Below, piece after piece: positions 1-10,419 of a DNA stretch of 64,000 bases. The position numbers were made by a program, and so were the translations under genes. Every line of letters starts with the position of its first letter. Within the stretch, counting starts at the first letter, position 1. The DNA comes from a virus (lineage: Duplodnaviria > Caudoviricetes), in the IMG/VR virus record IMGVR_UViG_3300021255_000042, positions 1 to 64,000 of that record. One strand, given 5' to 3'. The notes under the pieces are model-generated. The model had not been told where the DNA came from, ran no database searches, and saw only the letters and a list, made by a program, of their open reading frames with translations.

Positions 1-40
1 CAAGCTCAAAAAGCTCCACTTCTCCAGGTTCATAGGAAGG

Positions 41-301
41 GTGCCTGAAGGGATGGATATACCAGACACGGGCGTATTCATTGCGATGAGCACCTTCAAG
101 CGTATCGAGAAAAAGGAGAACTACCAGTGCCGGGCAATCGGTTGCTACGACCGGTATCACTGCCTCTATTACGATGCGGCCAAAATGGAACCTAACGGCC
201 CCTGGAACAAGGTGCCGGAGCGTCACAAAGTAGGTTCAGAAAAATGCCCCACTTTCATCAACAAGCAAAGAATATTCACCAATAAAAACACAGAACAATG
301 A
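41..301 (+). CDS. hypothetical protein (may begin upstream of the window)
   Basis: ORF track; its stop overlaps the next ATG. Confidence 0.5.
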   Translation: MPEGMDIPDTGVFIAMSTFKRIEKKENYQCRAIGCYDRYHCLYYDAAKMEPNGPWNKVPERHKVGSEKCPTFINKQRIFTNKNTEQ

Positions 302-492
302 AAGTATTAGCTATTATCGCGTTACTGCTACTCGCGCTTATTGTAATCGCGTTTTTTGGAGCTATCGTTGCCGTTGCCCTTAAAGCCAGGTGCGATTCCT
401 GCCCGTATAAGGACAAGTGCGATGAAAACTTCGAGTGTCCTTATGACCACATCTCTTTCCACGACAACAACCAAATCAACCCTGGGTTCTAA
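298..492 (+). CDS. small membrane-anchored Cys-rich protein
   Basis: N-terminal hydrophobic helix followed by CxxC..C..C. Confidence 0.55.
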   Translation: MKVLAIIALLLLALIVIAFFGAIVAVALKARCDSCPYKDKCDENFECPYDHISFHDNNQINPGF

Positions 493-649
493 TGGCTGGA
501 TGTCTATTTAATCACACAAAGAAAGAGCTGGAAGGTGGTTGCTGCCAGTTCTGCTCAGTAATGTTCTGTGACGTGCGCTACGAGAACAAGCAAATCGCCC
601 GCACAGACAACAAGGTCATCGAGAAACAAAAGAAAATGGGAGGTGTGAT

Positions 650-919
650 ATGACGCACGAATTCATTGACCCGTACACTAAGCGTTGCGACATCTTTTCC
701 ATCAATATGGAGGAACGCCGCAGCATTGATAAGAAGATGGAGGAAGAGTGCGGCCTTATCGCCGGAACCGACTATTTCTGGCGCGGGGACGACATGGTTA
801 TGATCTCTGGGAAGGGTGTTGATAAAATGCAAGACCTTTGGTTCAAGTGCATCAAAGAACTGAAGTGGAGGAAACTCCCTAAACAGAAAACACTATTTGG
901 AAAGAATTTATTTTATTAA
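650..919 (+). CDS. hypothetical protein
   Basis: ORF within a co-directional gene string. Confidence 0.6.
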   Translation: MTHEFIDPYTKRCDIFSINMEERRSIDKKMEEECGLIAGTDYFWRGDDMVMISGKGVDKMQDLWFKCIKELKWRKLPKQKTLFGKNLFY

Positions 920-938
920 CTCATTAACTATCAAAGAA

Positions 939-1535
939 ATGCAAAAGTTATCTAAAGAAACGATGGAGGCCGCGCTGAGAAAACACATCCTCAACTGTAC
1001 CGAAGACGAAATCCGTTTTGTCTTCCACCTGCTCAATTTCGACCTGAAGGAATACAAACAGGAGATGGGCCGGATCACGTTCGAAGTCCACTTCACGCGG
1101 TTCTACATCATCAAGATCACCGTCACGCCCGAACTGCTGGTCTTCAGCAACGAGTGGATAGTCTTCAATGACGACAAGACCAACCACAGCCTGGAGTGCG
1201 CTACCCCTCCGATGTTCTTCAGCGTCCTGAACATGATGATGAACTTCTTCGGCGAGGCCCTGCTGAATCCGACTGGATGGAAGCCCACCTACATCGAGGG
1301 TTACAGCATCTTCGAGGACGGCAAAGAGGCCAAGAGCTACTTCGACCTCTTCCAGAAAACTGCGGATGCCATCATCAAGGAGATTGAGGCACTGACACCG
1401 GCAGAGGAAGGCAAGAAGAAGACTGGGAAGAGCAGCAAGAAGGCTCCGGCCAAGAAAGCGGCACCGGCTAAAAAGAGCGCGAAGGTCATCAAGCTCCCGA
1501 TGCCCAGCGGGAAGGGTAAGAAGCTACCGAATTAG
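939..1535 (+). CDS. hypothetical protein with Lys/Ala-rich basic C-terminal tail
   Basis: ATG 939 follows an AT-rich leader; KKAPAKKAAPAKK tail. Confidence 0.7.
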   Translation: MQKLSKETMEAALRKHILNCTEDEIRFVFHLLNFDLKEYKQEMGRITFEVHFTRFYIIKITVTPELLVFSNEWIVFNDDKTNHSLECATPPMFFSVLNMMMNFFGEALLNPTGWKPTYIEGYSIFEDGKEAKSYFDLFQKTADAIIKEIEALTPAEEGKKKTGKSSKKAPAKKAAPAKKSAKVIKLPMPSGKGKKLPN

Positions 1536-1647
1536 CCAGGCGAAAGCTCAGATATTCCCTGGATAAATTTCTGGGGAATATCTGAAACTTTCTCGTACTT
1601 TCACAAACTATCGCATACTTTCTCGTCTATTATTAATCAGAAAGGTA

Positions 1648-1836
1648 ATGAAAACTAAACAAATGCTTAATCCGCGAATGTCATACGCAGAGATGGCCAA
1701 GGCTTATGAAGAGGCCAATCCATCGTTCGAAGCAAATCCGAACCGGGTGGGCCGCTTCGCCAAGAAGATTGGTTATTACCGCGCCCGGCAGATAAAGGAC
1801 GGCGTTGCACATTACTTCTACGCTAAGAAACAGTAA
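1648..1836 (+). CDS. small basic hypothetical protein
   Basis: ORF ends 1 nt before the next start. Confidence 0.65.
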   Translation: MKTKQMLNPRMSYAEMAKAYEEANPSFEANPNRVGRFAKKIGYYRARQIKDGVAHYFYAKKQ

Positions 1837-1837
1837 T

Positions 1838-3652
1838 ATGAAAGAAAAGCCATACGATCTTGGGTACTACAACCCGATTTACAGAGAGGTGTTAGAGCTT
1901 CTGCCGAATAATACCGATGTGGTGATATTCGACAAGTTCTGGCACGAGTACGTTGCGCGTGTACGTGGCAACCGGTCTCTGTATTTCCAACTCAGCGCAA
2001 GGGACATTGAGCGGAGAACTGAGATCGGGCACAACCACGCATCCAAGCACATCAAACGTATGGTGGAAATCGGAATCCTCCTTCAAGACGGAAAGAATTT
2101 TTCAGTCGCTGGGGATTACGTTCTTTCGCTCCTCAATACGTATCGCTCCATCGATGATTGCGACCGGGAAGATTTCAGGGCTGCCGTCAACACGCACGAT
2201 ATTGATGCCCTGGAAGGATTTGGGTTCGTACAATATGATGGGATCACGTCAGAACTTAAATACCTGTCCGCAAAAACAGAGGGTGGGTTAAATTTAACCC
2301 AGGTGGGTGAAAATTCACCCGAACGGGTTAAAAATAATCCAAGTGGATTAAAAATAACCCAGTTGGATTCAATTGCACCCACCATCATTAATAATTACCG
2401 TGCGCGTGTACATGAAAATTACACAGTGACACAGGTTGTAGAGGCAATTTGCGGCATAAGTGGGTTAAATTTAACCCAGGTGGATATAATTTCACCCGCC
2501 GCAGAGATATTTTCCGATGCTGAAACCATTAGCCGGGATGCCGAATTCATCCTTTTCATCCTCGCCACACAAATTTCGCCTGAGGGTGGGTTAAATTTAA
2601 TCCACCCGGTGGGTCAAAATTCACCCACCTCCGGGTTAAAATTAACCCACAGAAATATAATAAAAGAAAATAATGATGAAAATGATGGGATGCCTTCGGC
2701 ATCCTATATAGGGGGTGAAAATGATTTGAAGGATAAAAAGGTTGAAGAACTTCCCAGTGATGAATTCAAAAACATTGACATGGCAGGTTACTCCCAGGCA
2801 AAATTAAAATCTCAATTGCCACTGTACACTTCCCAGGAAATCCAAGAAATCTTGAACAATCCCCAGGAAGCAATCACATCAAACGACAAACTTTTCATCC
2901 GGGTTCTCTGGAACATCGCCAAGGAGCAGGCCGCACTTGATTACGATGATCAGGAAATCGAGGTAGATGTTGAGGGGTACAAATTCCCAGCTGAAAGATT
3001 TCAAAGAGACATCCTTTCACAGGCACTGGAGGAAACGAACGAAATCATCGAGCAAGGCTTGTTATCAACCGGCAAGGAAAACCTTCCAGTAGAATTGGAA
3101 GAATTACAGCCGGATCAGGTTTCGCTCATTGTTGATTGGGAGACCGGAAAGGACAGCGAAGGTTCTTATATCGTTGGCTCCACTTCCAGGTTCCACAAGA
3201 TTTATTCGGAGGCGGTTGAGGCTCCCAGGCGCAAGCGCGGTAGAGGAAACGCAGAAGAGCGCGACAAGGCGAAGGCATATTTCCGATACATCCTCAAATG
3301 CACCGATGAAGAGTATGACCAGCTTTCCGACATTGAGGCCGCAATCTACAATTTTGCGCATGACTTCCTGGAAGTGAATTACGATGAGGGTGAAGTTACC
3401 GGCCTCCAAGATTCAGAAGACCTCCAGCAGAAGTTCATATCACCTGAGAGATACACGGCCTTCATAGCCTCACTAAGCGAAAGCGGCATCAACATCACCA
3501 AGGAGGACTTCGAATCGGTTCTCAACCAGGCAGAGCGTTCGATGACCGGCTCCCTGGAGCATATCGGAGAGACGATGTATTCGATTTTCTCATACGAGAA
3601 GATTCAGGCGTGGATTCAAAAGCACGGCCTCCAGTCACCGATTAACATTTAA
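1838..3652 (+). CDS. putative replication initiator (N-terminal wHTH, internal iterons)
   Basis: LSARDIERRTEIGHNHASKHIKRMVEIGIL resembles a wHTH; iteron cluster inside the gene, as in lambda O-type initiators. Confidence 0.6.
   Translation: MKEKPYDLGYYNPIYREVLELLPNNTDVVIFDKFWHEYVARVRGNRSLYFQLSARDIERRTEIGHNHASKHIKRMVEIGILLQDGKNFSVAGDYVLSLLNTYRSIDDCDREDFRAAVNTHDIDALEGFGFVQYDGITSELKYLSAKTEGGLNLTQVGENSPERVKNNPSGLKITQLDSIAPTIINNYRARVHENYTVTQVVEAICGISGLNLTQVDIISPAAEIFSDAETISRDAEFILFILATQISPEGGLNLIHPVGQNSPTSGLKLTHRNIIKENNDENDGMPSASYIGGENDLKDKKVEELPSDEFKNIDMAGYSQAKLKSQLPLYTSQEIQEILNNPQEAITSNDKLFIRVLWNIAKEQAALDYDDQEIEVDVEGYKFPAERFQRDILSQALEETNEIIEQGLLSTGKENLPVELEELQPDQVSLIVDWETGKDSEGSYIVGSTSRFHKIYSEAVEAPRRKRGRGNAEERDKAKAYFRYILKCTDEEYDQLSDIEAAIYNFAHDFLEVNYDEGEVTGLQDSEDLQQKFISPERYTAFIASLSESGINITKEDFESVLNQAERSMTGSLEHIGETMYSIFSYEKIQAWIQKHGLQSPINI
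2285..2648. repeat. ten 16-bp palindromic iterons (consensus GGGTTAAATTTAACCC), candidate origin
   Basis: Copies at 2285, 2305, 2325, 2345, 2365 (20-nt period), 2462, 2482, 2588, 2611 and 2633. Confidence 0.85.
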
Positions 3653-3673
3653 CATATCACATCACACATCATT

Positions 3674-4018
3674 ATGGGCTGTTACAGACACGGTAAATTT
3701 TGGAAAGATGAAACTATCTGGAGGGCAGTTAAAGGTATGATGCCAACACCAGTTCGCGTTTCCGATCTTATACATCAGGATTTGGTCTGGAATATGGGAA
3801 ACCTCCAGGACTATGCTGAAGAAATGAGAAAGGTACAGGATGCAGACCTCAGCTATCCAATAGTTCTTTCTACAGACTACGGCATCATTGACGGAGCCCA
3901 CAGAACAGTAAAGGCATATCTGGAAGGTAAAGCAATCATATTTGCCGTTATCCTTGACATCGAGCAGATACCTCCAGATTATGATGAGTATGAAGCTGTT
4001 CACGGTAAAAAGCAATAG
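3674..4018 (+). CDS. ParB/Srx N-terminal-like protein
   Basis: DLSYPIVL...IIDGAHRTVKA motif. Confidence 0.7.
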   Translation: MGCYRHGKFWKDETIWRAVKGMMPTPVRVSDLIHQDLVWNMGNLQDYAEEMRKVQDADLSYPIVLSTDYGIIDGAHRTVKAYLEGKAIIFAVILDIEQIPPDYDEYEAVHGKKQ

Positions 4019-4021
4019 TTT

Positions 4022-4291
4022 ATGCCGCGCCAACAATCACCAGTCCTGATTAAAGGAGACACGAGGCACTATTCAATGATCAGTGCTTATGGAAAGGATT
4101 ACTATGTATTTATCGATGGGTATTTTGCCCAGATGCGTTTTATAAAGTACGAGACAGCTTTTAGGACACAGTTCTTCTTCAAACTAAACCGGCGTTATCC
4201 AATGGATAGTGATTTTGCGTTCAAGGTTATAAAAAGACTGTATCGTTTAAGAAAGGTTAAAAGAAAACTAACATTAAAGACTAATCATTAA
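4022..4291 (+). CDS. hypothetical protein
   Basis: ORF, AT-rich. Confidence 0.5.
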   Translation: MPRQQSPVLIKGDTRHYSMISAYGKDYYVFIDGYFAQMRFIKYETAFRTQFFFKLNRRYPMDSDFAFKVIKRLYRLRKVKRKLTLKTNH

Positions 4292-4308
4292 CTCTTACAG
4301 CTAACATT

Positions 4309-4563
4309 ATGAAAAGAAGCGAGTATGAAATTGGCCAGTACTTATTCGATGGCCAGCACGCATTCATCCACGATGGCTACATTAACGCAGACGGTTACGG
4401 CGTTGTCATCGGTTACTACGAGCACGAGCTGCGCAAGAACTCCGGCTATGGCAATTGGCAGAAGGACTGCGAAGTACGTCCAGCAACTGAAGTCGAAATC
4501 AGAAACCTGATTTGCGACATTATGAACTTCCAGGGTAGAATCAAATGTTATAGCGAACCGTAG
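4309..4563 (+). CDS. hypothetical protein
   Basis: ORF in gene string. Confidence 0.6.
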   Translation: MKRSEYEIGQYLFDGQHAFIHDGYINADGYGVVIGYYEHELRKNSGYGNWQKDCEVRPATEVEIRNLICDIMNFQGRIKCYSEP

Positions 4564-4564
4564 T

Positions 4565-4789
4565 ATGAAAATGAAACTTTCCGTTCAGATGATTTACCGC
4601 GCCAGCATCGAGATAGATGTTGACCAGGAGACATTTGACCTTCTTGAACAATTCGATGGACGCGTTCTCACTCCAGACGATAATGGAGACGCTGGCAAGG
4701 CTTGGGACTGGATTGCTGACAATATCCACGAATCAGATGGCTACGACTTTGAAGCTGAAATAGAGGACATTTACGAAATCGTAAAATAG
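4565..4789 (+). CDS. small acidic hypothetical protein
   Basis: ORF in gene string. Confidence 0.65.
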   Translation: MKMKLSVQMIYRASIEIDVDQETFDLLEQFDGRVLTPDDNGDAGKAWDWIADNIHESDGYDFEAEIEDIYEIVK

Positions 4790-4791
4790 GT

Positions 4792-4998
4792 ATGGACGGG
4801 CCAGTAAGACCAATTCGCCCAGGAGAAACCTTCTACTTGTTTGGCAGGAAGATACACTATGTTGGGTGTGTCGAGAGCCACGAGGCAAAGGTTCATGTTT
4901 TCTGGGGATGGAATAAGTGCAGACATCAGAGGTATTATCAAGCGTTCCCAGACGAGTTGTTTGATATTGATTGGGAATTTATGAGAAAAACAAAGTAG
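4792..4998 (+). CDS. hypothetical protein
   Basis: ORF in gene string. Confidence 0.55.
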   Translation: MDGPVRPIRPGETFYLFGRKIHYVGCVESHEAKVHVFWGWNKCRHQRYYQAFPDELFDIDWEFMRKTK

Positions 4999-5255
4999 CT
5001 ATGCACTTCTTTTCTGTAATAAGACGCAAGCTTGAAGAAAGAAAATTCAAGAAGGAGCTGGACGAGCTAATGAAAAACGAGGCCGTCAGAATGTTGAAAG
5101 AGTATGTTGGTGATTATTTGTTACCATCGTTTAGCGATACTTCAGCTTCCTTCCAGGAATTATGTAAATGCGGAGGCGTACTTCTAAATGGGGTTCCACT
5201 TGTTGACCCCAGTAAAATCAAAACAATATATTTTTTAACAACAAACCATCAATCT

Positions 5256-5546
5256 ATGCACAAATTACTTACTTTCGGTGAAGCCATCGAAGCTCTGAAG
5301 CAGGGCAAGAAGGTGGCACGTGAAGGATGGAACGGCAAGGGTATGTTCCTTTGGCTCAAACCGGCCACAACAATCAAATCGGATTGGTGCAAAGACCCGA
5401 TCCTGAAGTCTATCGTAGATGCAAACGGCGGTGAGACCGAGGCCCTTGGAACCATCTGTATGAAGACAGCGGACGGCAAGGTTCTCACCGGCTGGCTCGC
5501 TTCCCAGACCGATATGCTCCTGGAAGACTGGGTGATAATCGAGTAG
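5256..5546 (+). CDS. DUF2829 / Tad2-like anti-Thoeris sponge family protein (frame is open back to 4971)
   Basis: TFGEAIEALKQGKKVAREGWNGKGMFL...GWLASQTDMLLEDW signature. Confidence 0.75.
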   Translation: MHKLLTFGEAIEALKQGKKVAREGWNGKGMFLWLKPATTIKSDWCKDPILKSIVDANGGETEALGTICMKTADGKVLTGWLASQTDMLLEDWVIIE

Positions 5547-5549
5547 GCA

Positions 5550-5795
5550 ATGGGAGAAAAGTTATTACTCACTAAAGAAGAACATCTTCCAGCTATCGGC
5601 CTTTCGCTTATCGGCATCGGTCTCCCTCAGGAATATGCGCTCCGTGTTTACAGGCTTATCGGACTGGCAAAGGAGAAGGGCCTGGGGAACATCACAACCG
5701 ATGATGCCGTCACCATTGTTCACGAATGCGCGGAAGAGTTCGCCCGCCGCGAGAAAGCCGCCGCGCAGAGTGTGACAATAATAGATCACGATTAG
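5550..5795 (+). CDS. hypothetical protein
   Basis: ORF in gene string. Confidence 0.6.
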   Translation: MGEKLLLTKEEHLPAIGLSLIGIGLPQEYALRVYRLIGLAKEKGLGNITTDDAVTIVHECAEEFARREKAAAQSVTIIDHD

Positions 5796-6095
5796 TCATA
5801 GGGCGGGAACTGGGATAATATGTTAAACATAAAAATAAATATTGATACGGTAGCCCTGATAACCCGCCCTTTGAAAGATAACGAACGTCACTGTAACCAA
5901 CATCAAAGTGTCGCACAATGAAAACAAAGTGCTTCAAGGTCACAATCACCTTCCCAGATTCTGACGACTGCTCCGATGCCTATGCAAAAGAGATGCGTCA
6001 GGTTCTCTACCAGGAATTAAACAGCCCTGACGATTTGCCAGGAGAGCCCTGGGAAGTTGAAGTGACACCAATGTAACTAAGTTCACATTGCCATC

Positions 6096-6125
6096 AGCCC
6101 CGCGTCATAACCGTGGGGCTTTTTT
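6096..6125 (+). terminator. intrinsic terminator between convergent genes
   Basis: AGCCCCGCG...CGTGGGGCT stem followed by a T-run. Confidence 0.6.
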
Positions 6126-7014
6126 ATTTGGCAAGGCGGTCGCGTAGCAATTCCACAACGTCACACAAAGCTTCCAGGGCCTCTTCATGGGACTGGAAAT
6201 AGTTACCGGCGATATAGCGTTGCTGGGAGGTTGGTGTACCACGCTCAATGTTCTTGACCACCTTCAGCTTGTCATTGATACTCCAGTACGGCTGGCCCAC
6301 TTCAACTTTTACTTTAATTGGCTCGATCCGGTGCAGCTTGTCATACCACACCTTCCCGCACTTCTCCAGTTCACGGTTCATTCTTCGCTGGGCCACTATC
6401 GTCATCGGCTCAAAGTGGAATTCGTGAAAGGTACAGGCGTTCCATTCGTGCATCGAGTAGCCGCAGGTTTTGTTGGTGTATGAGTAGTAGCAGTAGAGTT
6501 CGATTTTGTTCTCGGCTGGAAGAATTGACCGTACCACACCCAGACCGGCCTCATTTTGGTTGTGGTAAAGGATTCGTTCGTTGATGGGGGGAATGTACTT
6601 CTCAGTCAATATGCCGCGCCTACGGTCGAATTCGAGGCCCTGTCTGGAAAGTTCAACGTGCAGTCGGAATTGTTCTTCTTCAGGAAGCGTGACAAGATCG
6701 GCTGTTTTTACGGCTTTGTTGGAAATTTTCAACGGATTCGTGGAAATTTCGGCACATATCTGGGAAACTTCCAGGCCACTTTCGGAAATTATGACATGGT
6801 GGCAGTCAAGTAGCGCAATGTCTCCACGTGCGGGCGTATGCGCGTACCATTTAATGAATTGGTCGCCGGTAAGTCCGGCCTTGGAGTATGATGGTCGGAA
6901 GGTGCCTATTCTGATGTGGCGTTTCTGGCAGTATGATTGTATGATTTCCCAGTCGGTCGGCGAAGAAAACACCTTGGAGAAGAGGAAGTGCTGGACTTGG
7001 TATTCAGTCTTCAT
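6124..7014 (-). CDS. hypothetical protein (296 aa)
   Basis: Long ORF; TTTG / TTCCTTTG promoter-like elements upstream. Confidence 0.75.
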   Translation of the reverse strand: MKTEYQVQHFLFSKVFSSPTDWEIIQSYCQKRHIRIGTFRPSYSKAGLTGDQFIKWYAHTPARGDIALLDCHHVIISESGLEVSQICAEISTNPLKISNKAVKTADLVTLPEEEQFRLHVELSRQGLEFDRRRGILTEKYIPPINERILYHNQNEAGLGVVRSILPAENKIELYCYYSYTNKTCGYSMHEWNACTFHEFHFEPMTIVAQRRMNRELEKCGKVWYDKLHRIEPIKVKVEVGQPYWSINDKLKVVKNIERGTPTSQQRYIAGNYFQSHEEALEALCDVVELLRDRLAK

Positions 7015-7599
7015 AAGCTGGAATTTGCAAAGGGTTCAACTAAGTGTCTGCAAAGGAAAGCATATTTTTGATGATGTGCAAATGAAATATCAATTTGGCC
7101 GGAATTTCGGATTCGTTTCGGAGGGTCGGGGAAAATTTTGGGATTTTGCATGGAAAGGGTTATTAAACGGCGAAAGGTAGTTTGTGGTTAATGACGGGAT
7201 CAGGCTGGAAGGGTTGTTACTTCATACTACGTATGAAACTTATTTGCGTCATCAAAAATTCGCCTTTAATGGTTGATGGCCGGAAAATTTTTGGGAATTG
7301 GGTAATGGCCGGTCTATAACTGGGAGGGTGGAACTATGAGGTGATTCCCAGGGCATCAAAATTCGTTTTCAGTAGCCGGGCCGGAATTTACAGATGGCAT
7401 TCGCACCACAAGGCACACCCACCTTTCCATTTTTCGTTTGTTAACTTATTGCTACGCAATAAGTTAGCAAGGTTCACTTTTGGGATTAGTGAAACTGCCT
7501 CGTGCGCCCACGCGTTATAAACCCTTCCTTAGAGGTTTCCCTTTTTGGGTAACAATTTTGTTACATTTTGGCCGATTTTTGCTTGTTTGCACAAAGACT

Positions 7600-10365
7600 C
7601 CCGTCTTTGTGCAACGTATGTGCGCACACATATCGTATGCGCCCACACATCACACACGTCAAGGCCACACGCGATTCTGCGCCCACGTCAACAACGCCCA
7701 CGGAATCGCGTGTGGCCTTGACGCACAATGCGTTGCGTAAGGGCCTGCACACTCCCAGCACGGCCACAAGGCCGTCACGAAACTCGCACGTAACTTTCCT
7801 GCGCATTATGCCCTCGTAAGTCACACACAAGTTTCCCAGCGGCCTCCAACGTGCGCGTGCATCGTCCGTGACGCGTGTTGTCCGGTGCGCAGAACTGCGT
7901 GTGGGACATCGTGTGTGTATGTGTGGGCCTTGCGTGCGATCGCGTGAGGCTCTGCGTAGAACTGCACGTGGCCTTGACGCACGTGTCGGGCAGGCCGTCC
8001 GTATGCTTGGGCACCCAAAGCCGTGCGTGGAACTACGCGTAGCTTTCCGTGGGCGTATCTGGGCGTTCACGTGAGCCCGCCTGGATGTGCATCCGTGAGT
8101 CCATGTGTGCCCACGCCAGTGTACGTGGAGGCGTGTAGGTGCGCCCAGGTGGACGTGTGTATGTGCCCACGTGCTTAGGTGTGGGCGTGCACACACAAGG
8201 CCACGGACAGGCGAAACTGGCACGGACGCCCAGGACAGGGCGCGTGATTTTCCTGGGCGCGAGGGTGTTTTGAGCGTAGCTCAAAAGGTGCGTGACGCAC
8301 GCCCTAAACAGGCGTGACTGACGGGCCGTAGCCTGCGCCGTTTTGGGCCAACTTTGCATCGGCAGCCAGCCAAGACCGACCTCGGCGGTCTGAAACAAAG
8401 TTTCAGCAAGCAAGTTTCCGAGGGCTTGTTTGCAAAGCAAACAAAACATCGCATTATGTCACACAACACCAACACCGCCGCCAAGAACGTAGTTCTTGCC
8501 AACACCAAGTCCAACACCGTTGCTAACGAAGTTAGCAAGCAGACCGAGACCAAGACCGAGCCTAAAACCCAAAGGGTTTTAGAGAGCCGTGACGATTGGG
8601 AGCGCATCTTCGGCCACACCTGCAAGCTGGTCGTTAGCGTAGCTAACGGGGAGTCGCTTGAATCGGACTGCCGTGACGGTTTTAGCTTCGCTAAAGTTGC
8701 CGTTGCTCCCCACAGCCGAGCCTACGCACAGAGCCTGCTTGCTGGCTTTGCCAGCAAGAAAGCCGACAAGTTCACTCTCGGCTCTGCTCTTTCAGAGCAG
8801 GACACCAGACGCAAGATAGCTTTAGCTATCTTGAAGGCCACGAAACTCGGTGGCAAGGATGCACAGGCGATGCTCAGCAAAGCTGAGCCGAAACAAGCCA
8901 AGTCCTTCTGCGAGGCCGTTCTTGCTACCCTTTAGGGTAGCAAAACACCTCGTTTTTCACTCCCATCGCTCTCGTAACCCTCTCTTTCAGAGAGGGTTAA
9001 ATTTTGCTCTCCTTACGCGTGGGCCCACATACGCGCACGCAATTATCGCGTCCATCCGTGCCCACGTGTATCGCGTGGGATTCCATTCCGTGCGCACGTC
9101 GGCCCACGTTTTGCGTTGCACGCCCGTAACACGTGCCTGGGAGCGCACACAACACCCACGCCCGCGCACTATATACGCGTGGCCACCTGCACAACACACC
9201 CACGCTCCCAGCACAGGCCCTGGCCACGCCGACAACGTGCACCACCGCAACGTGCAACGTGGGCCTCCAGAGCTGGCCACTAAACGCGTGAGGTTTGCCA
9301 CATATCCCCAGAGGTGGCCAGGCCCAAACGTGTGGTCGCCCACAAGCAAACGAGCCGACCTCGTGGATGCCCAACATTCCAGCGTGGCCACATTTTCGTG
9401 GCAGTCCAACCCGATGAGGTGGCCAGCCGTTGTGGTTGCCCAAAGCGTGACTTTTGGCCACCCAACTGCCGGTGTGTGGGCATCCAAGTCGCCCTGCATT
9501 GGCCGTCCACGTAAGTTGCGTGAGCGTACATCCGTTGCGTTGGGCATCCACGTGCGATCATGTGGGCATCCATCCAGTACGTGTGACTATCCACGTGTGT
9601 TGCCTGGGAGACCACTCGCGTCCATCCGGGTTGCGTGGCCGTCCAACGTGTAGGCGTGAAAGTCCACGGCGTGTATGTGGGAGCCCATAGCGTGAGGCTG
9701 GAGGCGTGATGGCCGTCCACCTGCGTAACGTGGGCCTCCATCCAGCATAGTTGGGCGAGCATTGGACGTGCGTGGGCCTCCAAGACGGCTTGCTATGGAC
9801 TCCCACGCGGATTACGTGGCCGTCCAACAATATGCCGTGGTCGCCCAAGACGATGCCGCTATGGGCCTCCATCCCAGTCCACAACCCAAACGCGTGGCTT
9901 TCCACCCGTGTTTGTGGGCCTCCACGTAAGGAGCTTCGTGGGTGCCCATCAGTATGCGTGGCCGCCCAATGTTGCCGAGCTTTGGCCGTCCATACGCGTC
10001 CACGTCTGGCAACGCGAGGCATTTCGTGGGTGCGCCTGGAATGACGTGGGCCTCCGTATCAGGACGCGTGGACGCAGAGTGGCCGTGCAATTTGCCTTGC
10101 GTGGGCACCCATATCCCAGGCATTGTGGCCGTCCACCCGCAATCACGTGACCGCCCACAAAGGCACGTGGACGTTTCGTGGGAGTGTCGTGGAGGTGTGG
10201 TGGGCATACGTGGACGTGCTGTGGCCACGCCTGGATGCAGATGGGCGCAGCGTGGACTTGTGTGTGGGCCCACATCGCCTATACGTGGACGCTCGCCGTG
10301 GGCCAGTATGATGTACCCGTCCAGGCCGGAGAGCGTGGGCGATTGTCTGGGCAGGCGTTCCTTGA
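7600..10365. repeat. degenerate palindrome-rich, purine-pyrimidine-alternating non-coding region (interrupted by gene 8456-8935)
   Basis: Recurring TGGCCGTCCA, TGGGCCTCC, TGGGCATCCA, CACGTG and ACGCGT; perfect 21-bp inverted repeat 7657-7677/7703-7723. Confidence 0.75.
8456..8935 (+). CDS. hypothetical protein whose coding DNA is saturated with perfect hairpins
   Basis: ATG 8456 after an A-rich leader; 159-aa frame with natural composition; stop lies in a hairpin. Confidence 0.6.
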   Translation: MSHNTNTAAKNVVLANTKSNTVANEVSKQTETKTEPKTQRVLESRDDWERIFGHTCKLVVSVANGESLESDCRDGFSFAKVAVAPHSRAYAQSLLAGFASKKADKFTLGSALSEQDTRRKIALAILKATKLGGKDAQAMLSKAEPKQAKSFCEAVLATL

Positions 10366-10419
10366 CATTCAATAACCAAAGAAAGACTTGACAGAAAGAA
10401 AAACTTTTTTTGCAATTTA

